From Erysipelotrichales bacterium (GTDB taxonomy: Bacteria; Bacillota_I; Bacilli_A; RFN20; CAG-826): a stretch of 64,000 nt of DNA. Below the pieces are notes generated by a model. It was not told the origin of the DNA and ran no database searches. It saw only the letters and a program-made list of their open reading frames with translations. The stretch's first letter is position 1, and each line of letters starts with the position of its first letter. The translations under genes and the position numbers were made by a program. The stretch spans positions 26,025 to 90,024 of the forward strand of contig JAFLVA010000004.1 in assembly GCA_022508525.1 (NCBI GenBank), written 5' to 3'. Below are positions 8,981 to 18,142 of this stretch, piece after piece.

Positions 8981-10312
8981 ATGAAAAAAGTTATTAAACT
9001 ATGTTGTCTATTTATGTGCACATGTTTGACCGCATGTGGTGATGTTACATCTACTTTTCAACCAACAAAGAATGTAACTAATTTATTAAAAAGGGCAAAA
9101 AATCCTATTGAATTAGATAGCGAAGTAACAGAAAGTCGTGATTTTAAGGAGTTTTTAAATAAATTCACAGATTTTTCTTTGAAATTCAATGATTCATTTA
9201 TGGCAAGTTACGATGATAAGTCAAGCAATAGCGCAATTTCTCCCCTTTCACTATTTTTCGCTCTTGCTATGACTAGTGAATGCGTAGCTAATAATAGCAA
9301 AGATGAAATATTAAATGCATTAAATATGACTAGTAACGAATTAAAAACTAATCTTCCTATTTTATATGCTCTAGAAAATTCTACCGCATATTCTTATGAT
9401 GACATGGAAGGAAAAAAAGTTATTTCTTCTATCAAAGATTTAAACAACTCAATTTGGCTAAGTAAAAGATTAAATAAATCAGAAAGTGCTTTAAACAACT
9501 TGGCAGATTATTATTATGTTGATAGCTATGAATCAGACTTTTTATATAATAACAAAGAGGCAAATAAGGACTTTAGACAATATGTAAAAGAAAAAACACG
9601 TGGACTTATTGATAAAGATTTTAATTTAGATAAAAACACACTTCTTGTTTTATTAAATACCCTTTATTTAAAAGATATATGGAGTGATTTGAGCGATAGC
9701 CTACATTTTACTAGTGGTACTTATGATTTTATAAATCGCGATAAAACAACAACAAAAAGTAAACTAATGATGGGAAAATATATTGTTGGTCGCGCATTAA
9801 AAACTGATACTTATTCATCTTTTTACACTACTACAAAAAGTGGCCTACGCATTTATTTCTTGAAGCCAAATAATAGTAATTTAGAAGATGTATTTATCAA
9901 AGAAAACATTGATAACATCATGAATTATGATTATAAGTCTGAAAACATAGATGTTGACTATTATACATCAATTCACTTCCCAAAATTTGAAGCCTCTTCT
10001 AATGAGGATTTAGTCACACTTTTAATTGATGATTTTGAAATCAAAGACATTTTTAATCCTTATAAAGCAGATTTTTCAAGTATTAGTCCAGATGAAATGT
10101 ATGTTAAGCAAGTTCTTCATTCAACCAAACTAAAGGTAGATGAAAAAGGGATTGAAGGTGCAGCAATTACTGCAGTTCTTGCACCAGATAGTGCCGGTCC
10201 ATCAGAGCGAGAATCTGTATATGAACAATTGATAATTGATAGATCATTTGGATACGTTGTGACTGATAGATATGGAGTTACATTATTCTCGGGAATCATA
10301 AATAAAATATAA
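8981..10312 (+). CDS. Serpin-family serine protease inhibitor, lipoprotein (paralog 2)
   Basis: Lipobox LTACG. Motifs ISPLSLFFALAMTSECVANNSKDEIL, hinge EKGIEGAAITAV, C-terminal IIDRSFGYVVTDRYGVTLFSGII. About 60% identical to paralog 1 with a divergent reactive-centre loop. 41-nt gap with no terminator from paralog 1. Confidence 0.85.
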   Translation: MKKVIKLCCLFMCTCLTACGDVTSTFQPTKNVTNLLKRAKNPIELDSEVTESRDFKEFLNKFTDFSLKFNDSFMASYDDKSSNSAISPLSLFFALAMTSECVANNSKDEILNALNMTSNELKTNLPILYALENSTAYSYDDMEGKKVISSIKDLNNSIWLSKRLNKSESALNNLADYYYVDSYESDFLYNNKEANKDFRQYVKEKTRGLIDKDFNLDKNTLLVLLNTLYLKDIWSDLSDSLHFTSGTYDFINRDKTTTKSKLMMGKYIVGRALKTDTYSSFYTTTKSGLRIYFLKPNNSNLEDVFIKENIDNIMNYDYKSENIDVDYYTSIHFPKFEASSNEDLVTLLIDDFEIKDIFNPYKADFSSISPDEMYVKQVLHSTKLKVDEKGIEGAAITAVLAPDSAGPSERESVYEQLIIDRSFGYVVTDRYGVTLFSGIINKI

Positions 10313-10351
10313 AAATAAAAAGGATTTGGAACTCGCCAAATCCTTTTTTAG
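10312..10351. terminator. Bidirectional terminator between serpin pair and efp
   Basis: Stem AGGATTTGG/CCAAATCCT (10321-10329/10336-10344), loop AACTCG, flanked by A-run and T-run. Confidence 0.6.
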
Positions 10352-10368
10352 TCAATTAAAATTTTAAA

Positions 10369-10932
10369 TTATTTTTGTTGACGACCATCATATTCGCCAT
10401 TATCTGTACGAACGAGAATGACTTCGCCTTCAGAAATAAATAATGGAACACGTACTCTAAAGCCTGTTTCAGTTACTGCTTCTTTCATAGCTTTATTAAC
10501 TGTATCGCCTTTAACTGCTGGTTCACATTCTGTAACTTCTAATGCAACAGTTGTAGGAAGAGAAATACCCATAATTTCTTCACCGTAGAAAACAACTTGA
10601 ACTTCTTCATTTCCTTTTAAGAAATTTGATTCCCATTCCATACGTGACTTAGCAATTTCAATTTGATCATAAGTGACTTGATCCATGAAAACTAAAGTGT
10701 CACCTGCATCGTATAAAAATTGCATTTTCTTTTTATCAAGATGAATAACTTCTACTTTATCTCCACCGATAAATGAAAGCTCTAAAACTGCACCAGTACG
10801 AAGATTTTTTGATTTTACTTTAACCTTCATTTTTGCCATAGCGGTTTTGTTTAAAGCAATATCAATACAACTGTAGACGTTTCCTTCATATTCGAAAGCA
10901 TTGCCTGGTCTTAATTCTGTAATATTAATCAT
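10369..10932 (-). CDS. efp: Elongation factor P with non-canonical beta3-beta4 loop
   Basis: Collinear with EF-P over three domains (KNLRTGAV, FLYDAGDTLVFMD, GDTVNKAMKEAVTETG, VPLFISEGEVI). The conserved HVKPGKG loop is replaced by LNKTAMAKM. GGAG RBS. Confidence 0.85.
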   Translation of the reverse strand: MINITELRPGNAFEYEGNVYSCIDIALNKTAMAKMKVKVKSKNLRTGAVLELSFIGGDKVEVIHLDKKKMQFLYDAGDTLVFMDQVTYDQIEIAKSRMEWESNFLKGNEEVQVVFYGEEIMGISLPTTVALEVTECEPAVKGDTVNKAMKEAVTETGFRVRVPLFISEGEVILVRTDNGEYDGRQQK

Positions 10933-10949
10933 ATTTACAACTCCTTTTG

Positions 10950-11381
10950 TTAATTTCTTTGATATTTTATCAAATTTATGTAGAATATGGAATATAAATT
11001 AACACATTTTAAGACAATAAATGAAGAAATCAGGCATAGTTGCGTCGTGAAATATTGATAATTAGGCAAAATGTTAAGAACTTTTAATATACCAACAAGT
11101 ATGATATAGTCTATTATTCCAAATACAATATAGACATAAAGATGATTAAAAATATTATAAATTTTACTTGTAAAAAAATTATAGATGAAGAAAACAAAAA
11201 ACAAGATTATAAACTCAATAATTAGTGATAATACTATTGAATCTATTAAATATTTATTTAATAGTATTGAAAAAGAAAAAATCGTAAAGTTAAAAAAATA
11301 TGATAGTTCAAATAGAATGAAACTTACTATTGTTAAATACATGCTGAGAATCACATTTTCTTTTATTTTCAAAAAAATCAC
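10950..11381 (-). CDS. Hypothetical multi-TM protein (doubtful; AT-rich region)
   Basis: 143-aa I/L/F/Y-rich ORF co-directional between MBL hydrolase and efp. Very AT-rich sequence, no clear RBS. Could be non-coding. Confidence 0.25.
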   Translation of the reverse strand: MIFLKIKENVILSMYLTIVSFILFELSYFFNFTIFSFSILLNKYLIDSIVLSLIIEFIILFFVFFIYNFFTSKIYNIFNHLYVYIVFGIIDYIILVGILKVLNILPNYQYFTTQLCLISSFIVLKCVNLYSIFYINLIKYQRN

Positions 11382-11403
11382 CCAAATTATTTTAGGTGAT
11401 ATT

Positions 11404-12036
11404 TTATTTTATATTCTTGAAATAAAAATTCTTCTCGACTTCCTGTTTTAGTGTTGTGTTTTCGCCATGTCCAGGATAGACATTCATGTCGCCATATTTT
11501 AGATATATATCTAAAATTTTCTTTAAAGAGTCGTTGATAAATCTTGGTGAAGACGTAGGTAAATCACTTCTTCCTATCGTCCCTTTAAAAAGAGTATCTC
11601 CACTAATCAATGCTGAATTATTAATCAAATAAACTGAAGATCCTAAAGTATGAAAAGGTGTATTTATTATTTGAATTTTATAATCCTTAATCTCAACGAT
11701 TTCAAAGTCATCTAATGGAATAACTTCACGGTCATATTCAAAAGCCGTATCAAAGTCTTTAGAGCAATTTTTATAAGAGTTTGATATTAACTCTTCATCA
11801 TCACGATGAATATATATTGGTATTTCTTTAGGGATTTTATCGATGTATCGAATATGATCAAAATGTCCGTGCGTTAAAAAAACCGCAATTAAAGTAAGAT
11901 TCTTTTTTTCTAAATAACGACTAAAAGAATCAGTGCACTGACCCAAATCAAACGCAATCACTTCATGATCATTTAAATATAAAACATGAGTGTTAGATGT
12001 AAATTCTTTTTCATAAACTAATGTGGATATTTTCAT
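11404..12036 (-). CDS. MBL-fold metallo-hydrolase (YqgX-like)
   Basis: Metallo-beta-lactamase motifs LTHGHFDH and SGDTLFKGTIGRSDLP, about 210 aa. Confidence 0.75.
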   Translation of the reverse strand: MKISTLVYEKEFTSNTHVLYLNDHEVIAFDLGQCTDSFSRYLEKKNLTLIAVFLTHGHFDHIRYIDKIPKEIPIYIHRDDEELISNSYKNCSKDFDTAFEYDREVIPLDDFEIVEIKDYKIQIINTPFHTLGSSVYLINNSALISGDTLFKGTIGRSDLPTSSPRFINDSLKKILDIYLKYGDMNVYPGHGENTTLKQEVEKNFYFKNIK

Positions 12037-12039
12037 AAC

Positions 12040-12072
12040 TTAATAAAATTAAAAGCGAGTATAAACTCGCTT
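12040..12072 (-). terminator. Rho-independent terminator of rpmG
   Basis: Stem AGCGAGT/ACTCGCT (12054-12060/12065-12071), loop ATAA. Plus-strand A-run 12045-12053 gives a minus-strand T-run. Confidence 0.5.
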
Positions 12073-12079
12073 ATATTAA

Positions 12080-12229
12080 TTATTTCTTTTCCTTATGTAC
12101 TGTCATCTTATTGCATTTTGGACAGAATTTTTTAATCTCCATACGATCTGGATGATTACGTTTATTCTTTGTTCCAATATAATTTTCATTTTGACATTCT
12201 GTACAACGATAAATAATGTTATCTCTCAT
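12080..12229 (-). CDS. rpmG: 50S ribosomal protein L33 (zinc-ribbon form)
   Basis: Not in ORF track (49 aa). Translation [49 protein letters not shown] carries the L33 signature and CxxC...CxxC zinc ribbon. Confidence 0.85.
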   Translation of the reverse strand: MRDNIIYRCTECQNENYIGTKNKRNHPDRMEIKKFCPKCNKMTVHKEKK

Positions 12230-12409
12230 GAGTTACACCTCCAATAGAAACTTACGCTATGTAATAATACCATATTAGAATTATTAATTCTATATTTTTT
12301 TTAAATAAATCAAAGTTTAATAAGATAAATCCATTATATTTGCAATTATGACTATTAATAAATGCTCTATTCTTTCTCTTTTTTTGCTATAATAGATTTG
12401 GTGATTATT

Positions 12410-13459
12410 ATGAAAAGAACAGAAACACGATTAGTTAAAATTGGAAATACACAGATTGGTAATACCAATAATGTTAAAATCCAATCAATGTGTAATATCA
12501 AAACATCAAAATATAACGAAGTTATAAAACAAATTTTAGAATTAGAGAAATTAGGTTGTGATATTATCCGCGTTTCTGTTATGGATGAAGAGGATGCTAA
12601 AGCAATTAAATTTATTAAAGAATCAATTCATATTCCATTAGTGGCAGATATTCATTTTGATTATCGCCTTGCTCTTCTTTCCATTGAAAATGGCGTTGAT
12701 AAAATTAGAATAAATCCTGGAAATATCGGTAGTGTTGAAAACGTTAAAAAAGTTGTTGATGCTTGTAAAGAAAAACACATTCCAATTCGTATTGGCGTTA
12801 ATTCCGGATCTTTAGATAAAGAAATTCACGATTATTCAACTCATTACACTGCTCAAGCTTTAGTTGATTCTGCGAAAAAACACGTTAAAATTCTTGAAGA
12901 CTTAGATTTTTTTGATATTGTAATATCTTTAAAAGCTAGTGATGTTTTAACTGCAATTGAAGCATATCGTATCGCAAGTGAAACATTCCCTTATCCTTTA
13001 CATTTAGGCATCACTGAAGCCGGAACAAAAGAAATAGGCATTATTCGCTCAGTATCAGGACTAGCCCCACTTCTTCTTGAGGGAATCGGAGACACTATTA
13101 GAATATCACTAAGTGGAGACCCAAAAGATGAAGTTATAAGCGCCAAAAGAATGTTACATGATTTGGGTCTTTATCCTAACTATCCTACTCTTGTTAGTTG
13201 TCCAACATGTGGAAGAACTCGCGTTAATGTTGAACTAGTGGCAAATAAGGTTTTAAACGCTCTAGAAACAACAAATAAGCCAATTACAGTTGCAGTTATG
13301 GGATGTGTCGTAAATGGCCCTGGAGAGGCTAAAAACGCCGATATAGGTATCGCCGGTGGAAATGGCGAATGGGTTTTAATTAAAAAAGGTCAAGTCGTTG
13401 ACAAATTAAAAAATGATGAAGACGCTATTGAAAGATTAATTCACGAAATAAAACAATAA
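12410..13459 (+). CDS. ispG: 4-hydroxy-3-methylbut-2-en-1-yl diphosphate synthase (flavodoxin), IspG/GcpE
   Basis: RTETRLVKIGNTQIGNTNNVKIQSM N-terminus, TIM-barrel motifs and C-terminal 4Fe-4S ligands (CPTCGR, GCVVNGPGE). GGTGA RBS before ATG 12410. TGcTATAAT extended -10 at 12385-12393. Confidence 0.9.
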   Translation: MKRTETRLVKIGNTQIGNTNNVKIQSMCNIKTSKYNEVIKQILELEKLGCDIIRVSVMDEEDAKAIKFIKESIHIPLVADIHFDYRLALLSIENGVDKIRINPGNIGSVENVKKVVDACKEKHIPIRIGVNSGSLDKEIHDYSTHYTAQALVDSAKKHVKILEDLDFFDIVISLKASDVLTAIEAYRIASETFPYPLHLGITEAGTKEIGIIRSVSGLAPLLLEGIGDTIRISLSGDPKDEVISAKRMLHDLGLYPNYPTLVSCPTCGRTRVNVELVANKVLNALETTNKPITVAVMGCVVNGPGEAKNADIGIAGGNGEWVLIKKGQVVDKLKNDEDAIERLIHEIKQ

Positions 13460-13500
13460 CCAAATTCATAAAATGTAATATGCTAAATAGAGGGATAACC

Positions 13501-13743
13501 ATGAATCAAAATCTAATTGTATATTACATCAATCAATTAACTTTGGAAGACGTGAAAAAACTAGCGAAACAATATAACGTAAAATTAGACGATAACGAAT
13601 CTAAAGTTATCTTGAATTTTCTCAAAAAAAATAAATCACGTATCAACAAAGAAAATAAAAATGCACTCTTAAGAGAAGCAAAGCCACTTCTAAAAAAGAG
13701 TACATATGATACGTTAGTATTAACAATTGATAAGTTTTTATAA
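13501..13743 (+). CDS. Small hypothetical protein, YqfT-like by position
   Basis: 80-aa K-rich helical protein between ispG and nfo, where B. subtilis has yqfT. AGAGGGA RBS before ATG 13501. Confidence 0.4.
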   Translation: MNQNLIVYYINQLTLEDVKKLAKQYNVKLDDNESKVILNFLKKNKSRINKENKNALLREAKPLLKKSTYDTLVLTIDKFL

Positions 13744-13744
13744 C

Positions 13745-14620
13745 TTATTTTAGTTCACTATTAAAGATATTATCTCGAAGTGCCTTAATTTCTTCTTTAT
13801 AAGGCGCTTTTTCATTGATATACGGGGTTTCCAAAATCTTTGGAATATTTTCAAATGCTATGTGATGAGCAAATCTTGATAAAGTATCAAATCCAATCAT
13901 ACCATAGCCAATATTTTCGTGACGATCTTTATGGGCGCCTTGTGGATTTTTAGAGTCATTAATGTGAATAGCCATAACATAGTTCAAACCAATAATTTCA
14001 TCAATTTTTTGAACCATGCTATCAGTGTCTTTTAAATCATATCCCGCATCTGATAAATGGCATGTATCTAAACATACACCAATACGCGACTTATCATATA
14101 CTCCATCAATAATATGACGTACTTGTTCCAAAGTAATTCCAATTTCTGAGCCTTTTCCTGCCATTGTTTCAATTAAGATAATAACTTTTGAACCTTTTGT
14201 TGCGTCAAGCGCCATATTTAAACCTTCAATGAGTTTGGCAATTCCTATATCTGCACCCATGTTAACATGACTTCCTGGATGAAGAACTAGTTTATGATAA
14301 CCTAAATAATCCACTCTATTTATTTCATCAATTAATACGCGAAGTGATACATCAAAGATATCTGGTTTTACAACATTAGCAAGGTTAATAATGTATGGAG
14401 CGTGAACGATAACATTGTCTAAAGAAATATTATGTTCTTTAAGCAAAGATAAAGCTTCTTCTCCTTTTAATTCACTAACTGGTCTACGATATGTATTTTG
14501 AGGAGCGCCAGTATAAAACATTAATGCATTTGCGTCATACGATAAAGCTTCCATAACGGAGCCCAAGACAAAATTAGGCGCTTTATTATCAACATGGCTT
14601 CCAATGATTAATTTATCCAT
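13745..14620 (-). CDS. nfo: Endonuclease IV (AP endonuclease, Nfo)
   Basis: MDKLIIGSHV start after AGGAGG RBS. TIM-barrel AP endonuclease 2 motifs HAPYIINLAN, HPGSH, CLDTCH, HINDSK. Confidence 0.85.
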   Translation of the reverse strand: MDKLIIGSHVDNKAPNFVLGSVMEALSYDANALMFYTGAPQNTYRRPVSELKGEEALSLLKEHNISLDNVIVHAPYIINLANVVKPDIFDVSLRVLIDEINRVDYLGYHKLVLHPGSHVNMGADIGIAKLIEGLNMALDATKGSKVIILIETMAGKGSEIGITLEQVRHIIDGVYDKSRIGVCLDTCHLSDAGYDLKDTDSMVQKIDEIIGLNYVMAIHINDSKNPQGAHKDRHENIGYGMIGFDTLSRFAHHIAFENIPKILETPYINEKAPYKEEIKALRDNIFNSELK

Positions 14621-15971
14621 TTCTTCTTGCCTCCTCTTTATATCGTTTAACACGCTCTTTACGTATATTTTCACGAATCATCTTACGATGATGTTTTCTT
14701 TTTACTTTTTCAACTGCAACTTTTACAGCTTTCTTATATCCGGGTTTCACTTTTGTCTTTTTTGTTTCACTTATTGCCCGTTTAATATCACGTTCTAGAT
14801 CTTGATCTTTATTTTTCTTAAAATGCTTTGGTTTAGCATTAATTTCTTTTCCATCTTTCATTTCATCATTTTTTAAGATTTTATAACTAAAGTTAATGCC
14901 CATTTCCTTAAGTTTAAGAATATTTGATGTATCATCGTCGTTATAAAATGTAAAACACTTTCCATCTTTATAAAATCTTCCAGTTCTTCCAGCACGATGA
15001 AAATAAAAGGAAAGATCGCGTGGCAAATCAACGTTTAAGATGTCACTTACATTTTCAATATCTAATCCTCTTGCAGCCATATCAGAGCAAACAACGATTT
15101 GAAAATCCATATTTTTAATGCGACGCATAACATTTTTACGTTCGCGTTTTTCTAAATCGCCATGAATCATTGCAACATTATATCCATGAGTTTTCAAATG
15201 TTCATAGATTTTGTTTACATCTTCTTTTTTCGATGCAAAAAGGAGCAAGAAATAAGGCTGAACAACTCTAATAAATGATTCAATGGCATCATTAATCTTT
15301 TGATGTCTTATGTCAATTGCGTAATGCTCAACTTTGCTATTTGTCATATTATCAAGAGTAATGACGTGATCTGCACCAATAAAACGTTCAATTAGACGTG
15401 CTAATTTAGGATTGATAGTTGCAGAAAAAACCAAATTGCTTGCACCAAGAACACTTTCTAACATTTCATTAATATCACTTACAAATCCTGAATCCATAAG
15501 CATATCTGCTTCATCAAGAACAATAAATTTTGTAGTGGATAAGTTAGTTTCACTTTTATTTACACCTAAATCTAATAGTCTGCCTGGTGTTGCAACAATA
15601 ATATGAGGTATATTTTCTAGTTTATTTTCACTACGTGATTTTTCAACTTGAGAAGTCAAAAGTTGGATCTTTAAATTTGGATAAAAATTTAAAAATTCAC
15701 GAGCAAAATCATAAGTTTGGCGAGCGAGTTCACGAGTTGGTGAAACAATAATTGCTTGAATATGATTATCGTTTAAATCGATTGACTGAATAATAGGAAT
15801 CAAAAAAGAATGAGTCTTTCCAGATCCTGTTTCACTTGTAACAACAAGCGATTCTCTTTTTAAGACGCGTGGTATTACTAGTTCTTGCACTTTTGATGGA
15901 GAAGCATAGCCAATTCCCTCTATTGCCTTTAACATATCACTAGTCAAATTAAAACTTTTAAATGAACCCAT
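14613..15971 (-). CDS. cshB: DEAD-box ATP-dependent RNA helicase (CshB/YqfR-like) with basic C-terminal tail
   Basis: Q-motif, Walker A SETGSGKTHSF, SPTRELA, DEADML, SAT, HRAGRTGR; lysine/arginine-rich C-terminus. Adjacent to nfo as in B. subtilis yqfR-yqfS. Start MGSFKSF at 15971 after GGAG RBS. Confidence 0.8.
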   Translation of the reverse strand: MGSFKSFNLTSDMLKAIEGIGYASPSKVQELVIPRVLKRESLVVTSETGSGKTHSFLIPIIQSIDLNDNHIQAIIVSPTRELARQTYDFAREFLNFYPNLKIQLLTSQVEKSRSENKLENIPHIIVATPGRLLDLGVNKSETNLSTTKFIVLDEADMLMDSGFVSDINEMLESVLGASNLVFSATINPKLARLIERFIGADHVITLDNMTNSKVEHYAIDIRHQKINDAIESFIRVVQPYFLLLFASKKEDVNKIYEHLKTHGYNVAMIHGDLEKRERKNVMRRIKNMDFQIVVCSDMAARGLDIENVSDILNVDLPRDLSFYFHRAGRTGRFYKDGKCFTFYNDDDTSNILKLKEMGINFSYKILKNDEMKDGKEINAKPKHFKKNKDQDLERDIKRAISETKKTKVKPGYKKAVKVAVEKVKRKHHRKMIRENIRKERVKRYKEEARRNG

Positions 15972-16085
15972 AATAATCAACTCCATGGAAATTATACTAC
16001 ATTTGATTATGCTTTGCATAATACTTAATTAATTAATGGACAAAAGACTAAGGTATTTCATATAAATAATTAAGGAGTGATTTCT

Positions 16086-16490
16086 ATGCCGTTTAACCAA
16101 TTTGGACAAAATTATTATAATCCTAATAGCATTGATCCTATGTCTAGAGGATTTAATCGCCCAATTAACACCCCAATTAGCCGCATGCCAATAAAGCCAC
16201 CAATTAGAGCCACTGCATCTAAATTTACTTTTTCAAAATTTCTAAATGGAACCCAACAAGTTATTGAAACAGTTAGCAGTGCTATCCCGCTTTATACACA
16301 AGTAAAGCCACTATTTTCAGGAATGCGTGGCGTTGGTAAATCAATTAAAGATTCTATCTTTAGCAAGAAAAGTACAAAAAATGAATACATTGCAAATCCC
16401 GAGATTATTACTCCTAAAAAAAGTATGAAAAAAACTGAAACCACCGATGAAATTCATGAAGAGGATAGTCCAAATAGACCGTTTTTCTAA
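16086..16490 (+). CDS. Hypothetical P/N-rich protein, YqfQ-like by position
   Basis: Low-complexity N-terminus (NPNSIDPMSRGFNRPINTPISRMPIKPP). Sits between cshB and ispH where B. subtilis has yqfQ. AAGGAG RBS 8 nt before ATG 16086. Confidence 0.35.
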   Translation: MPFNQFGQNYYNPNSIDPMSRGFNRPINTPISRMPIKPPIRATASKFTFSKFLNGTQQVIETVSSAIPLYTQVKPLFSGMRGVGKSIKDSIFSKKSTKNEYIANPEIITPKKSMKKTETTDEIHEEDSPNRPFF

Positions 16491-16518
16491 AATATGTTAA
16501 AATAGATTCGGTGAAAGT

Positions 16519-17379
16519 ATGAAAGTAGATATTTTAGAACCTTCTGGTTGTTGTGCCGGTGTAAATCGCGCAATATTAATGGCGATTAACGCTCGAAAAG
16601 AAAATCCTAGTCTTCCTATTTACGTCTTAGGAATGCTTGTGCACAACGAATCAGTAATAAGTAATTTAGACGAATTAAATATTGTCACATTAAAAAACGA
16701 CTCACTTTATGACGCATTGAATAATATCAATGATGGTGTCGTTATTTTCACTGCACATGGACACGATGAAAATCTTGATAAAATCGCCAAAGAAAAGGGA
16801 CTAATAATTTATGACACTACTTGTGGTTTTGTAAAATACAATCATAACTTAATTAAAGATGCCCTAAATAATGGACATCAAGTAATATTCATTGGAAAAC
16901 TTGGTCATCCAGAGACAGAAGCTTCACTTTCCATATCTAAAGATGTTCTTTTATATGACATAAATAGCGGGATTGATTACGATAAAATAACTGATTCTTC
17001 TCCAATCGTCATATGTCAAACTACTTTATCAATTTTTGAAGTTGAAGAAATAAAAAATGATATCTTAAATCATCTTAAAGATGCAAAAATCACACAATCA
17101 ATATGTAGTGCTACAACAGACCGTCAAACTGCTTTAAAAGAGATTAATCAATCTTCAGATTTAATTATTATTGTTGGATCAAAAATGTCATCAAATAGTT
17201 CAAAATTATTCGATATTGCGAGAAAATTATATCCAACTAAAACCATAATCCAAATAAAAACTGTCAACGAACTCGTTAACAGTAATTTATCTTCATATAA
17301 ATTTGCTACAATTGTAGGAGGAGCATCTACTCCTTCTGATATTTTGTTAAAAATTAAAGAATACTTAGAATCTATTTAA
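16519..17379 (+). CDS. ispH: 4-hydroxy-3-methylbut-2-enyl diphosphate reductase IspH/LytB
   Basis: LytB family collinear; conserved Cys ligands (PSGCCAGV, TTCGFV, CSAT); GGTGA RBS. Confidence 0.9.
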   Translation: MKVDILEPSGCCAGVNRAILMAINARKENPSLPIYVLGMLVHNESVISNLDELNIVTLKNDSLYDALNNINDGVVIFTAHGHDENLDKIAKEKGLIIYDTTCGFVKYNHNLIKDALNNGHQVIFIGKLGHPETEASLSISKDVLLYDINSGIDYDKITDSSPIVICQTTLSIFEVEEIKNDILNHLKDAKITQSICSATTDRQTALKEINQSSDLIIIVGSKMSSNSSKLFDIARKLYPTKTIIQIKTVNELVNSNLSSYKFATIVGGASTPSDILLKIKEYLESI

Positions 17380-18142
17380 TTACAATAGGCATCTTCTCAT
17401 GATCCAAAGTGATACATTCCACATTTGGATCTATTTTTTTTATAATGTCTTTTAGTGTTTCCATAAATGCTCTTTCGACTTCATGAGGAACATCTAAATA
17501 ATTAAATTTTTCTGCTATGACATCTCTTCTTACGTAATGTGGTGCATCTCCAGAAATATAAATATCCGCACCTTCATTCATAGCAATTCTAAAACATCTA
17601 CTTCCTCCGCCTCCAATGATTCCTACTTTTCTTATCGTATCATTTCCTGCTTTTACGAGAAGAGCGTAATCAACATTTAAGGCTTTTTGAGCATAATTTG
17701 CGAATTCTTCAACTGGCATTTCTTGTTCAAGATATCCAATACGCATCATATTTTCAAACTCTGGTATATATACATCTTTTAAGTTAAGTTTTTTTGCTAG
17801 TGCATCATTCATACCACCAATTCCTTCATCAAAATTAGTGTGCATAGATAAAAGTGGGATTTTATTTTCCATAAGTTTTTCAGTGAGATACGCCTTTATC
17901 TCATCATTTTTAAGTATCTTATTTTTGGGACCAAAATAAAATGGATGATGAGTAATGATAAGATCTGGTTTTAAACGAATTGCTTCTTCTATAATTTCAC
18001 TATCAAAATCTAAACAAATCAAAATTTTGTTTGTTTCTTCTTTTAAAGGGCCAACCATTAAACCAACATAATCATGATGTTTTTTTGCTATGCGTTTTGG
18101 AAATTGTTTAGCAAGTTTTAATAACAGTGATCTTGTTTTCAT
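17372..18142 (-). CDS. yqfO: Nif3-family dinuclear metal centre protein (YqfO)
   Basis: Motifs ITHHP, SMHTNFD, ISGD; position between ispH and trmK as in B. subtilis. Confidence 0.8.
   Translation of the reverse strand: MKTRSLLLKLAKQFPKRIAKKHHDYVGLMVGPLKEETNKILICLDFDSEIIEEAIRLKPDLIITHHPFYFGPKNKILKNDEIKAYLTEKLMENKIPLLSMHTNFDEGIGGMNDALAKKLNLKDVYIPEFENMMRIGYLEQEMPVEEFANYAQKALNVDYALLVKAGNDTIRKVGIIGGGGSRCFRIAMNEGADIYISGDAPHYVRRDVIAEKFNYLDVPHEVERAFMETLKDIIKKIDPNVECITLDHEKMPIVIK

Noticed and set aside
11185-11451. Plus-strand 88-aa K/I-rich ORF.
   Set aside because: AT-rich low-complexity translation overlapping the MBL hydrolase 3-prime end on the opposite strand; no RBS.
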